Assembly: GCF_006345805.1 (NCBI RefSeq)
Contig: NC_043012.1
Coordinates: 28,024,001-28,088,000, forward strand
Length of the DNA stretch: 64,000 nt
Origin: Octopus sinensis
Lineage: Eukaryota
Direction: 5' to 3'
Positions 16,575-29,029 of this stretch are shown piece by piece (positions within the stretch are counted from its first letter, which is position 1; each line of letters starts with the position of its first letter). The notes beneath the pieces are model-generated. The model did not search any database. It saw nothing but the letters and a program-made list of their open reading frames with translations, and had not been told where the DNA came from. The position numbers were made by a program, and so were the translations under genes.

Positions 16575-17200
16575 GTAGGGTTATGTTGAATAGCTGCTGT
16601 CACGTGAGGGATCGATCCGTCTGTCAGCCGACTCTGTAGATCTGATCGCACCGCCACCCTTCTTCAGTCGGGCAGGCAAGGTAGTTTTTCTTTGCTTGGT
16701 GACTGTGTAGAAAGATATTGTTTGGTGGACAAGGCTGATAGACATGAGGACAGATACATTCCCCTTTGGTAGAGCTCTCATTGACTTTTTCAGGTTTCGC
16801 TTGAAAAGGAAATTAAGAGTGGAGAGGGAAGTACTGTCCTCGAGTGAGTTTATTGAAAGGTGGGTGAAAGCTACGAAAATGGCAAGAGTGGATGGGTACA
16901 TCTCCAAGTGTAGACCTGTGAGTAGGAGAGAAGGAATTGGAGAGGGCACTTGTTCCTAGGGTTTCAGAGAAACCTCAGACACTGGGGTTCCTCGATTATC
17001 CCCAGAGGCCTTCCTCTATCAGGCGGGCCACATCTCTATCATCCTCTCCGCCATTTTTTTTTACCTTTGAATGCTGTACATATGTCCCTTCTTTGTGAGT
17101 GTATACCGTGAATACTTACTTTTATTTATCATTTCATTAATATATGTAAATACTCCCACTGTCTCTGTATTGTCCTCCTCATACATCGTCCTTGCCGCAA
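16575..17200 (+). mobile_element. L1/Tx1-like ORF2 C-terminus and 3' UTR
   Basis: LIDFFRFRLKRKLRVEREVLSSSEFIERWVK is homologous to FFEYHLKRKIKVEREVLSNERFNKRWVN at ~28520-28620. Confidence 0.65.
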
Positions 17201-17228
17201 ATTATTATTATTATTATCATTATTATTT

Positions 17229-17769
17229 AGTGAGAGGATAGTGCATGCCATCAAAGTGACACTTGAAAACAAATATACGAAGCCTAGTATGCCCATCATA
17301 ACAACCCATCTGATAAGGGTACACCAGGTACATGCATCACAACCACATGTGCGCAATATGGTGATCTCATTTCAAGATAAACAACGCATGACCTTGCAAG
17401 TGGGGCCCAGTTAGAATTTTCTGCAGGTTGAACATCCCAACCTGCTCAAGAGGTCTCTGAATGAGGTTTGTTTAAGGATGATAACTGAAAGTCCAATTTT
17501 TGCAGAGGTGTTATTCAAACCGCAAAGAATTATTCTCAACACATGACTATAATGCTCCCCCACTACTTCTGCTCGTGATGAGAGTTGCACATATCGTCAG
17601 CCATTAAAGGAATACCCAGTTGGTTAATGTCAAGCAACCCGACAAGCAAATCTGTGGTACTTGAGCAGAATATTTGCTGCAGCCCATCTATACAAGACAA
17701 AACAATGTACATGATAACACTTCCAATCAGTTAAGATGAAAAGCCATGCGAGCCATTGCACCAGGGCAT
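17229..17769. repeat. Repeat family X, full-length copy
   Basis: Colinear with 11961-12494; preceded by (ATT)n. Confidence 0.85.
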
Positions 17770-17770
17770 A

Positions 17771-18090
17771 CTCTTTTACTCTTTTATTTGTTTCAGTCAT
17801 TTGACTGCGGCCATGTTGGAGCACCGACACAGATATACAAACACACACACACACCAACACACCACACCACAAACACACACACACACAACACACACACAAC
17901 ACACACACACATATATATATATATATAATACGACGGGCTTCTTTCAGTTTTCGTCTACCAAATCCACTCACAAGGCTTTGGTCGGCCCGAGGCTATAGTA
18001 GAAGACACTTGCCCTATGTGCCACGCAGTGGGAATGCACCCGGAACCATGTGGTTGGTAAGCAAGCTACTTACCACACAGCCATTCCTGC
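17771..18090 (-). mobile_element. tRNA-derived SINE family 2, internally deleted, with internal CA/TA microsatellite
   Basis: Reverse complement of GCAGGAATGGCTGTGTGGTAAGTAGCTTGC...GGTTCCGGG head; same family as 34391-37175 and 54309-54740. Confidence 0.8.
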
Positions 18091-18116
18091 ATATTTATTA
18101 TTATTATTATTATTTA

Positions 18117-18190
<74 letters not shown>

Positions 18191-18192
<2 letters not shown>

Positions 18193-18590
18193 TAGTCTTA
18201 TTTTTATCACGCGTTTTCACTGCACTACAGATCGCAGCTTTGTGTGCCATGGGTATATACTGTGGTTTGTTGGGAAGCTTATATTTTTACTGTATTGAAA
18301 GTTTTTTTATGTAGGATGCTTGACTTTCTGAGTGCTTATCTTACATCCTCTAACTTGTAACCCTCCCACTTTTGATCTTTTAAGGAGTCTAAGTCAGTAG
18401 ATATTCTATCAATCCAAGAGGCCTTTCCATTGTGTGTTTTTTCTTCTGCACAAATTTCATTCCAAAATTCCTGTAAAAATGTTTTGGGTTACTTTTGAAC
18501 ATGCTATCCTTGAAGAACCCAACTCGCCTTTCATTCCGTGTTATGCGGACAGCTTTAACACATACCTTTTGCTTGATATTTTCTATGGTG
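18191..18590 (-). mobile_element. R4/Dong-like remnant: 3' UTR joined to an N-terminal fragment
   Basis: 18191-18310 resembles 7951-8070; ENIKQKVCVKAVRITRNERR..MFKSNPKHFYR; follows (ATT)n at 18094-18190. Confidence 0.65.
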
Positions 18591-19648
18591 CTATTGATGA
18601 ATATGGGTGGTCGCTTAGTTGAATTTCTCAGCACAGGCAAGACATGATCTTTTACAAGTTGTTTATAAACTCCTGCATTTAACTTTCTATGTAATCGCAC
18701 CAAAGGGCCCACACCATCTCCAGATATCATTCCCCAAACCATGACACTTCCTCCACCGAATTTAACACTAGTCTTAAGGCATTTAGGCAACAATTTTTCA
18801 CCTACTTTTCTACGAACGTACCTTTTCCCATCTGAGCCAACTTAGATTCATCACTGAAATGCACCGTTTGCCATTTTTCTTGAGACCACAACACATGTTC
18901 GGTTGCAAAGGTAAGACGACACTTTTTATTCTTGGAGCTGATCAGTGGCTTCACTGCAGGTGCTCTTGCTTGTAGGTCATGTTCAACTAAACGACGAGAC
19001 ACAGTTTTTCGAGATAAAGTTTTCTTCAATACAATGCTCATTTTCCGAGAAACAGCAGCAGCAGTTTTAAATCTGTCCTTTTTAACCAACTTTACCAAAG
19101 CACGATCTTCTCTCTTGGTCGTTTTTCTTGGCCTACCTGTAAACTTTCTTGCTTCACACGAACCACAATCAAGTAGACCTTTAGAATACCGTGTACAACA
19201 CTTTTTGACTTGTTAACAATCTTTGCAATAGATCCAATACTTAAATTATCCTTCCTTCGAAGCGTTATAATCTGCTGACGAATTGGTAACGGAGTAAGTG
19301 GCATTATATTAACAAAGTACACTGCAAATATTCTTACTAATGTTTAGTAAACGAACCGTCACGTAAACAAATTCAAAACATTCGCCTGTTAAATATACTA
19401 AAACACTAAATAAAACGTTCGCCTGTTAAATATACTAAAACACGGCCACCATGGGTTTTGCAGTAAATCACTAAATCATCCATAACTTTTGTATTATCCT
19501 CTCAAATTACACCAAAATCTCAGGCAATAACAAATAATATCGTATTTATTGTCTGTGAAAATTATAGAATATAAAACAACTTTGATAAAAAATCATATCT
19601 ACTTTTCTGACGAAAACAATGCCGTTCTGAACATTTTGGCCGCCACTG
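18590..19648 (-). mobile_element. Tc1-like DNA transposon, 3'-truncated
   Basis: 5' terminus CAGTGGCGGCCAAAATG next to TA (19649-19650); GRPRKTT, KPLIS, HFSDESK, KFGGGSVMVWGMIS motifs; third catalytic residue and second TIR missing. Confidence 0.9.
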
Positions 19649-19702
19649 TATATATATATAAGTATGTATGTATGTATGTATGTATGTATGTATGTATGTA
19701 TA

Positions 19703-19990
19703 CATGGGGGTACCCAAAAGTAACTGGAAACGTTCATTGTGGGACAAGCCCGTTGTAATTCAGGCTTCCGCCTAAAAGCCCCTTGATGCAACTCTCAGGT
19801 ATCAGTCTGCCGACCGGTGTTGTACTCTGGTTTCATACAGCCATGTGGCGTATCTTTGTTTGGCAGTATTTATCTCCTGTTCGTCGATTTTTGTGATGGC
19901 TGAAACGAAGGAATAGCGTACTTCCGTGAAATCCTGTTGGGGAAAATGGCGGCCGAAATAGTTGTCATATTTTAAACAGCTTGCAAGGCC
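19703..19990 (+). mobile_element. mariner 5' fragment
   Basis: TA followed by CATGGGGGTACCCAAAAGTAAC terminus; degenerate VK(F)C..LGKMAAEIVVIF start typical of mariner transposases. Confidence 0.5.
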
Positions 19991-19994
19991 GCTG

Positions 19995-20560
19995 CTGCGA
20001 ATAGTATTCCTGACTTTCTCATTGATTTTTCATAAAAGTTCTTTACTAATAATGATTTAGCTGGGTTAATAAGCCTACATTTAGGATTAGATAGGAAGTT
20101 CTTTTTATAGTCCTTGATAGTTATAAAGGCCTCCTTTATTTGGAAGGATCTCTATTTTTTTTTATCTAATTTAAGTCTGGCGGCCATAATGCTAGCTTCT
20201 TTATTAATTTCGTTATAAATTTGTGGCTTAGCTTTGGTGTAATTATTAATGATGTTGTTGTGTAGGAGTCGTAAATATGTGCTATTTTCTACAAGGTATA
20301 AGTTTTGGGATTTATCAGAAAAAAGTGCCGTTTTTTTGGGAACTCTTTATGTATTTGATATCTTTTTTCAGCCTCTGTTGGAAAGTGTTAAAAGACTTAC
20401 GAAATTTTATTTTGTTCATGAGCTGCAGTAGGTCCAATTCGAAGTCTTCCAAGCCTTTGAATTTTAGAGGGAATCTCTTTGATTTAATTCCATAGAATAT
20501 GTTGTCTGTAGTGTCCTCTTCCAGGTTGTAAAAGAAAGCTTTCCATCTCATACGCTTATG
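19995..20560 (-). mobile_element. Penelope-like element, RT N-terminal fragment
   Basis: KRMRWKAFFY..YGIKS..FELDLLQLMNKIKFRK, then DKSQNLY..INKEAS..EAFITIKDYK.NF.SNPKCRLINPAKS. Confidence 0.8.
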
Positions 20561-21080
20561 GTTGCAAATATACATGTGGGTGTACATGCGAGTGTTTCCC
20601 GCGAGTGTAAGAGAGCATATGCATATACAGCATGTGTGTATTTTAGACGTGTATTTGAATATAAATTCTGCGTGTGTGGGTATGTGCATGTGTGTGTGTG
20701 TGTGTGTGCGTGTGCGTGCGTGTGTGCGGATATGCATATGTGTGCATCGGGTTTTCTCCCCATATTTAACGGTCATTCTAATAGCTCTTTTGTCTTAATA
20801 ATGGTTAATTATATAGTAATTTCCCTTTGTTTAACGGTCATTTTCATAGCATTTTTTGATTGCCTCGATAACTGACAAGATGCCGGAGCAGTTTTCAGCC
20901 CCGCCATCCTAAACTCGGAGCCTTATTATGCCAACCGAATAATTGTGACATATATATATATATAATATATTATATATATATTATATATATATATATATAA
21001 TATAAAAATAACAGGAACCAAGAGGTTGAACGAAACGACGAATCGGAACGAACCTGATGCGGGGCGTTGTCAGACAATAA

Positions 21081-21414
21081 GGTGATAAATAAAAATATAT
21101 GCATACATACAACCATATGTACGTACCTACATCTACATGTATATATACATGCATATATAAATAATTATACGTGAGTACAGGACACCACAATAAGACGTAG
21201 AAACGGGAAAAACTAAAAAAAAAACAAAAAACAAGAAAACGAAAAAAACAGTTACAGGACGAGCTACACAAGGAAAAAAACCCCGGTCATCAGCTGTCGC
21301 TAGTAGAGTCAAGCATGTTTCGAAGGCAGAGACAGAACACTAATCCACTAGGCCTTCCTGCGAGAGAATTAAAATAAAATTCCAAGCAGCGGGGCAAAAT
21401 GAGTACGAACACGT
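21081..21414. repeat. Repeat family Y, copy 2 (left arm of an inverted pair)
   Basis: Direct match to 16193-16550; inverted match to ~21770-22128. Confidence 0.9.
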
Positions 21415-21749
21415 ATATTATTATATTTAAGATGCGGAATTCTCTCCCTTTGCTTTACCCTCTTCACTCTCTCTCCCTCCCACTCCTCCTCTCTCTCTCA
21501 GCCGCGTGTCCCCCTCCTCCTTCCTTCTTCCTTACTGCCAGCCTATAAAATAAAATTTCTTTTACACGTTGCTCTTACTACTGAAAAGACTGCCTCCACG
21601 ATCTGCCACAGTATCCTTCGTCTATGCCAAAAAAAGGCTTTTTCGTTCGTCCTCTTGTGTGTTTGATTTCCTGTATCATATTCTCTTATTATTTTCTCGT
21701 TTTGTAATTATTTGTATTTTTTGTACATGTATTTTTATTTTTGCAGTTT

Positions 21750-22142
21750 TATTGTTACATCCTGTTCGTGTTCGTACTCATTTTGCCCCGCTGCTTGGAA
21801 TTTTATTTTAATTCTCTCGCAGGAAGGACTAGGGGATTAGTGTTCTGTCTCTGCCTTCGAAACATGCTTGACTCTACTAGCGACAGCTGATGACGGGGGT
21901 TTTTCCTTGTGTAGCTCGTCCTGTAACTGTTTTTTCGTTTTCTTGTTTTTTGTTTTTTCGTTTTCTTGTTTTTGTGTTCTTTTTTTTTTTTTTCCCCCGT
22001 TTCTACGTCTTATTGTGGTGTCCTGTACTCACGTATAATTATTTATATATGCATGTATATATACATGTAGATGTAGGTACGTACATATATGTTTGTATGT
22101 ATGCATATATTTTTATTTATTTATCACTTATATATATATACG

Positions 22143-22174
<32 letters not shown>

Positions 22175-22199
22175 CACACGCACATATATATATAAACAT

Positions 22200-22210
<11 letters not shown>
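21750..22210. repeat. Repeat family Y, copy 3 (right arm, inverted)
   Basis: Reverse complement of copies 1 and 2. Confidence 0.9.
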
Positions 22211-22230
<20 letters not shown>

Positions 22231-22250
22231 CACACATATATAAATATACG

Positions 22251-22317
<67 letters not shown>

Positions 22318-22371
22318 GTATATATATACGTATATTTATATATGTATATATATATGCTGTAGGTCAATGAG

Positions 22372-23230
22372 CAGACGAAAGCAAAATGCGACTAAATGAG
22401 AGAAATTCTGAACTGAATCATTATAGAAAAAAGACTATGCTAAAACAACCATATTCTCTTGCTTCAGGGGAACAACTCACAGCATCTAATGATATCAGAG
22501 GCTTAGATGTAATTGTTGACAACAATCTGTGTTGGAGTGCCCACATCAACAGTAAAGTCGATATAGCGCGTAACCTGAGCCCCTGGATCCTAAGAACCTT
22601 CCGGTCAGAGAACGAGGTGTCTTCATTCCCCTTTCCTCCTTTGTACGGCCACACCTAGAATACTGCTGTTTTCTGTGAACTCCCCACACAAAACAAAACA
22701 TCTCTAGAATCGAATCACTGCAGAGTGCATTCATTGAAAGAATTAAGGGCACGACTGATCTTGTTTATTGGGGCCGCTTTAAAGCACTGAAATCTATTCA
22801 TTCCAGCGCCGCCGCGAGCGATATATCTTTTGCACAATGTGGAGAATATGCCACCAGCATTGCCCAAACGACCTTAACATTAGTTTCAGAATTCCTCCAA
22901 GGCTGGGACCACTGGCCATACGTTCCCTAGATAGTTCAGGATTGCAACACACAAATATACTACCACACAATTTCTATCCCTCAACAGGCCCTGCCCTATC
23001 TAACACAGTCCCAATACAAACCAAAGAGAAAAATGATCCCATCACCATTTAAACAGAGTCTGGACAAATTTCTTCAAGGGATACCAGAGAAGCCTCCTAT
23101 ACCTGGATACAGCTCACTCAACAAGAAATCCCGACTTGAATGGGCCATGATACTGCAAAACTTAACTTAGCAAATCCTATTAGGTGGTGCTATTAAGTTA
23201 GACATGGTGTGGGCCAATCTTTGGCCGAAA
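22372..23230 (+). mobile_element. CR1/L2-group LINE 3' fragment (RT C-terminus + 3' UTR)
   Basis: IRGLDVIVDNNLCWSAHI, VRPHLEYC, IESLQSAFIERIKG, QRRRER motifs; frameshifted. Confidence 0.75.
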
Positions 23231-23721
23231 CACACACACATACACACACACACACACACTACACATACACGCACACACGCACACACACACACGCGCGCGT
23301 ACAAACACACATGTGCGCGCGCATATATAGAGGATATAAAGAAAGTGATGTGAGAGTGCAGATGTTTATTTCATACCGTTACAGCTGTTTCATAATCTTG
23401 TTATTTGTTTTATAGATGTTACGTCAATATTAACAAGCATATACAGTAAATAGATAAATATACATGTGTATATAGAAGGGTACAGATATGGGAACCAACT
23501 GACTAATCTTCAGAACGATACATTGTGGTTGAAAACATGAACTCTATTACCGAAAGTAAGCTGACTCTAGATAGCCACAGGCATAGTTTCAGCATGTTGG
23601 CACTTGTGATTGGCTTTAAGGGAACAATAGCCATAGAACAATATAATACATACTTGTTAGCCATGCACTTGGCGGAGAGCTTAATGTGAGATGTGTTTGA
23701 TTATTTAACCCCTATTACTAC

Positions 23722-23845
<124 letters not shown>

Positions 23846-23969
23846 AACGAAAAGGTGTACGTACGCCGCTATATGTATATATAAATCTAAAAAATGGAAC
23901 AACAACGTAACGTTATTTACATTATTTACATTTGACAGATATTTGTCCTCAACTTGTTTGTTGTTAATA

Positions 23970-25286
23970 AGCTTTGGTCTTGAGCAGCTAATATGAAACC
24001 TTCACTCTCCGCTTTTAGCCCTGAGCTTCGTAACCATTGGTGCGTGTGTTTCTGGTCGACATCAGCTTGTTTGCTACGGACCACATACTTGCCATGCAGA
24101 AGTTTGTTCCCATCTGCAAGCTAAATTTTCATGTGCTTTTGTCTTTGCAATTAATTTTATTTTCTTTGCAGCTGCAGTTGGCGCATTTCCTTCAGCCTGA
24201 TCAATCTGGTGGGTATATAAGAGATCAGTAGCGAATTTTTTGCTCTCTTTCAGAATAGAGTGAAGTCTTTTCAGTCTTTCATGTTTTTCAACAAGTTTTA
24301 GCATCCAATCGTTAGTTGCTTCAAGGTAATTGGCCAGTCCGATTGTGGTGGTTTTGTATGTAAGTTCAAGCTGGATCAACCTCGACCTCCCTGAGCTCTG
24401 GGAAGGTAAAGGCGATCCACGTCTGCCTTGGATGTGCATCTTATTACAAGTCAGTAGCTTGCGGATTTTCTGTCAATTTTCATTATTTCACTGGTATTCC
24501 AGTTAAGCACATTGAAGCTATAAAGAACAACTGGTACTGCTAAGGAATTTATGGCTATTATATGCATTCAGCTCAGACTTCAGGACTGCTCGAACTCTTC
24601 TATAACATTCCTTCCTAACCTTCTCTTTTATGCTTGCATGCTGGATACCAGAGCCTTCATTTATTCCTAGGTATTTATAGGTTTGTTCCTGCTCAAGTTC
24701 CTTTATTACTGTTTCGACATCTAATTCGATCGAACTAGACCTTACCAATTTCCCTTCCTTAAAAGTGGCTTTGGCACACTTTTCAAGGCCAAACTCCATC
24801 CCGATATCATCACTGAATCCTTTCACGGTATGTAATAATCCTTCAAGCTCTTCATCATTTTTGCCATATAGCTTTAAATCATCCATAAAAAATAGATGGC
24901 TTATTTTCCTGTTGTCAATTTTGTAGCCATATCCTGTTCTATTCAGTTCACTTGAGAGTGGTATTAGTGCTATGCAGAAAATTAGTGGTGAAAGTGAGTC
25001 ACCTTGGAAAATTCCACAGTTTATGCTAATGTTGTTTGAGCGCAATATTCCATTAGAATGATATAATTGGAGCTTCGTGTTCCATAGTGACATATTATAC
25101 TTTAAAAAATCTGAAATCACAGGAGAAATTTTGAAAATGTCCACGAATGCGGTATGCTGTCAAAGGCTTTTTTATAATAAATCCATGAAGAGCTGAGATT
25201 TCTGCGCTTGTTATGGCAGTTCTCAAGGATCATGTGATTAATTAGGAGCTGATCTTTGCATCCGTATGAGCCTCGTCTGCATCCTT

Positions 25287-25290
<4 letters not shown>
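23970..25290 (-). mobile_element. R4/Dong-like RT fragment (family of 6836-7842)
   Basis: ORF 24518-25144: GIFQGDSLSPLIF, FMDDLKLY; KGCRRGSYGCKDQLLIN at its 5' end next to (TAA)n. Confidence 0.9.
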
Positions 25291-25350
<60 letters not shown>

Positions 25351-25354
25351 TATT

Positions 25355-25502
25355 CAGGTCACTGCCTGGCATCGAACTCTGAATCTTGGGATTAGTAGCC
25401 CGCGCTCTTAACCACTAAGCCATGTGTACACGAGCATATGGCGTAATGGTTCAGAACGCCGGCTACTAACCCCAAGATTCCGAGTTCAATTCCAGGCAGT
25501 GA

Positions 25503-25506
<4 letters not shown>
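25355..25506. repeat. 152-bp palindrome of two divergent tRNA-derived heads, flanked by (ATT)n on the left and (AAT)n on the right
   Basis: Arms of 76 bp with ~13 mismatches (manual count); each arm has A-box-like TGGC.TA.TGG, CTACTAA loop and B box GAGTTC(G/A)AT. Confidence 0.85.
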
Positions 25507-25570
<64 letters not shown>

Positions 25571-25610
25571 GTAACAACAACAACAACATCGAAAAATAAC
25601 CTTTCCCCAA

Positions 25611-25657
25611 GACGCCTGATGAAGGCTGGAAGGTTATATCAGCCGAAACTTGTTAAC
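25611..25657 (+). ncRNA. Degenerate hammerhead-like motif
   Basis: CTGATGA (25616-25622), stem II GGCTG/CAGCC, GAAAC (25645-25649); stems I and III disrupted. Confidence 0.4.
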
Positions 25658-25973
25658 AACAAACAAGATGAGGACAAATATCCGTCAAATGTAAATAATG
25701 CAAATAATATATATAATTCTTCATCTCTTAAATATAGAGCTGGAAGAACGTGACGGACAACAATAAAACCATACGGACTGATGGACGATACAAAGACAGA
25801 CAGGAAAACCAGGATGGAACATACGTGGCTTTCTATTCATCAGTCAAGCTTCCAACCATCATTACAGTTTCGGTCTGTTACACTTGAGGCTGTTCAAAGT
25901 TGGTAGACCCCCAAAATCTAAGCTAAGAGCATTAAATTTTTGGAAGAAAGCGAGCGAATAAGTGCGACAACAC

Positions 25974-26220
<247 letters not shown>

Positions 26221-26550
26221 GATTGGCTGTTGTTCGTGTCGTCTTGGGTAAGTTCATCTATTTTGTTGTGTTCGTTTGTGTATATCTGTATATATTTTTG
26301 TCAGAAAGGTACCTAATAATAACTGCCTGGACTTGAGCTCACTCGAAAATTTTGCGTTTTAAGGGCGAATTTTCATATTGCGACATCTTATCTCATAAAT
26401 ATTTTCATCCGTTTGGAAAACTGACATGGACAGTTCAGCTAACACTGTCAGCATTCCGCCATTACTATCACCGAACAAGTCGAAGAAAAAAGAAAACATC
26501 GATGCACTGACACACACAAACACACACACACACACAGACACAGACACAGA

Positions 26551-26589
<39 letters not shown>

Positions 26590-26619
26590 CACATCTGAAC
26601 AACAATACGCATACTGACG

Positions 26620-28941
26620 CAAGCTTTCCTTCCGAACAATTGAGAAGGGAAAGCAGAGAGATGAACGGTGAAACCATCTCTATTACCCCTCCTATTACTA
26701 CCACTCTTACAAAAACCACTACCAGCAAGAATACAATTGACAAACTGAATAACTTTGCAGCTATTTTGAGACAAAAAAGACAGTTAGTATCCTTCTCAGC
26801 AGAAGAACTACTGCAAAAAATTATTGAACAAAGAAAATAGGACTATAAACCTCAACACCCCAGAAAGCATTTTAAAGGACATTTCTAAAAAACAACAACA
26901 ATAATATATAAAACCATGAACATTAAGACTAAAAACTAGAACAAGGCACTCAACAAACAGTTGAGAAATGTCTACGGCCCATTTGAACTTATAAAATATA
27001 TATCGCAAGGGGAAAAGGATTTGCCACGATCGAGGTAAGATTCGACACGGAGGAACACAAATCCCTCGAGTGTGAGGACTTGATAATGATTCCCACTTAT
27101 CTCGGTCGTCGGGTGACGAAGGTGAGAATCAAAGATGTGTCCCCTGAGATACAAATAAGATGGCTGGTATCAACCGTCTGTTACGATTTCGATGAAAATA
27201 CAAACATATTAGAAATTGCCGTCCCGGAACAGCAAAACTGAGTTGGACAAAGGGTGTAGCTTCTAATCCAGGCAAATCAGGGGACAATCGAAAATAATTT
27301 GATAAAGCTACCGGATGGCACGACCCAAATGTTACTGTTGATAGCAGAAGGTCACGTTGCTATCTTTGAAAATAAACTACAAACTGTCAGAACAACAACA
27401 AAAACAACAACAAGAACAAAAAGAAAACCAGAATCCCAAGAACAAACCAGCACTGCTACCCACACCACCATCATAGAGGTTGGCGCTTGTCATCAAGAAA
27501 CTGGTCGACAAGGCGCAAACATGCACCGTGCCGGTCAGAACTATCCATGACAACCTCCACCTCATGCACTACATCATGAACAGGGTAGTTAAGGAACCTG
27601 GTATGGGTGGGGCGCTGATCAGTTTGGATCAATCAAAAGCCTTCGATAGTGTTGACCATCGATACTTGGCGGCTGTCGTCAAGGCAGCTGGTTTCGGTCC
27701 TAGCATCCGCTCGGTAGGTCGAGTGAATGACCATCTGTCCAAACCCTTCGACATCACGCGTTCGGTCCGTCAGAGATATCTCATCTCGTCACTTCTTTAA
27801 GTATTGACTTTTGAGACGCTACTGCGGAAGCTGGCGACGCCGAGGGGCATCCCGCGAGATTTGGAATGCGGGACGAGCGTGTCTGCATACGCGGTCGATG
27901 TCATCGTTATAGTGTCAAGCCTCAGGCGAGACATGAAGAGAAAACGAATCGGTAATGGGAGCAAAAATTAAGCGGGAAAAGTCAGTGGGTTTGCGGCACG
28001 GCACGTGGAGAAGCAAGCCCATGCCGTCGAACAGCGTCCCCACCATGGGACGCTGGACCGACGAACCGGTTAAATAGCTCGGGGTCTGGTTCGGTCCAGA
28101 CCTCCAAATGGAGAAGAACTGGAACGAGATAATGAGTAGAGTGGTCACTCTCACCGAGCTGTGGGCCGAGAGGAAGCTATCTTTAAAAAGTCGCATCAGT
28201 CATCTTCTACCATCTGACCGTTGTGCCTTGTCCCGACCCTACCAGCACACAGCTGGAGCGCATACTCTTCTGCTTTTTGTGGAAGTGAAGCGTTTCGATG
28301 GTCAGGCGATCCATTTACTGGCAACATCCGCTAAATAGAGGGCTGGGCATGCCGTGGTTAATGATGCGCAGACATGCGCTGAGACTGCGCCATCTCCAAC
28401 ATTTCTTAAACGACGGTGAACAAGTGTCGGCGCCGTTTGTGAGACCTGCTTCCCGCAGCTCTTCTCCTTGACCGAACTGCAATCGTGGATCAAACACAGC
28501 CGAGTCTATCTCTCGTCAACTTTTTCGAGTATCACTTGAAAAGGAAGATAAAGGTAGAAAGGGAAGTTTTGTCTAATGAAAGATTTAATAAAAGATGGGT
28601 TAATGTAGCAAAAATGGTACGTATGAATGACAGAACCACCTTGAGCATTAACCTGTAAAACAAACAAAGAGAGAGAGGGCACTTTCCTCTCATATATCTT
28701 TCCTTTTGCCGAGGTCACCGTGGTTATTTTGTGTAGGTGTTTTCTTTGCACGGATAACTGTAGTTAGTGTTATATTTTCTCCCCTTTTTGGGAATTCAAA
28801 TTGTTAAAAAAAATGTTATCTTGTTATCTATTGGTGTACACGTTCCCAAAAACGCCATTTTTTCGATCCCTTTTGATCGATTTCGAAAAAGAAAAATTCT
28901 ACATTGTATTGTCTCCTCTATGTTAAGCCCTGTGTGGCTAA

Positions 28942-28945
<4 letters not shown>
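26620..28945 (+). mobile_element. L1/Tx1-like retrotransposon remnant: ORF1 homolog + deleted ORF2 (RT) + 3' end
   Basis: ORF1 remnant GKRFATIEVRF..PTYLGRRVTKVRI; RT IHDNLHL..ISLDQSKAFDSVDH, VSAYA.DV; C-terminus KRKIKVEREVL; 3' motif tattgtctcctct..agccctgtgtggctaa. Confidence 0.8.

Positions 28946-29029
<84 letters not shown>

Noticed and set aside
21855-21924. Functional hammerhead in family Y
   Set aside because: GAAAC lies upstream of CTGATGA with no stem II pairing for a permuted fold, and is absent at the type-I position in all three copies.
25431-25506. Possible tRNA-Ser gene
   Set aside because: The acceptor and anticodon stems pair poorly, there is no long variable arm and no T-run terminator; treated as a tRNA-derived repeat.
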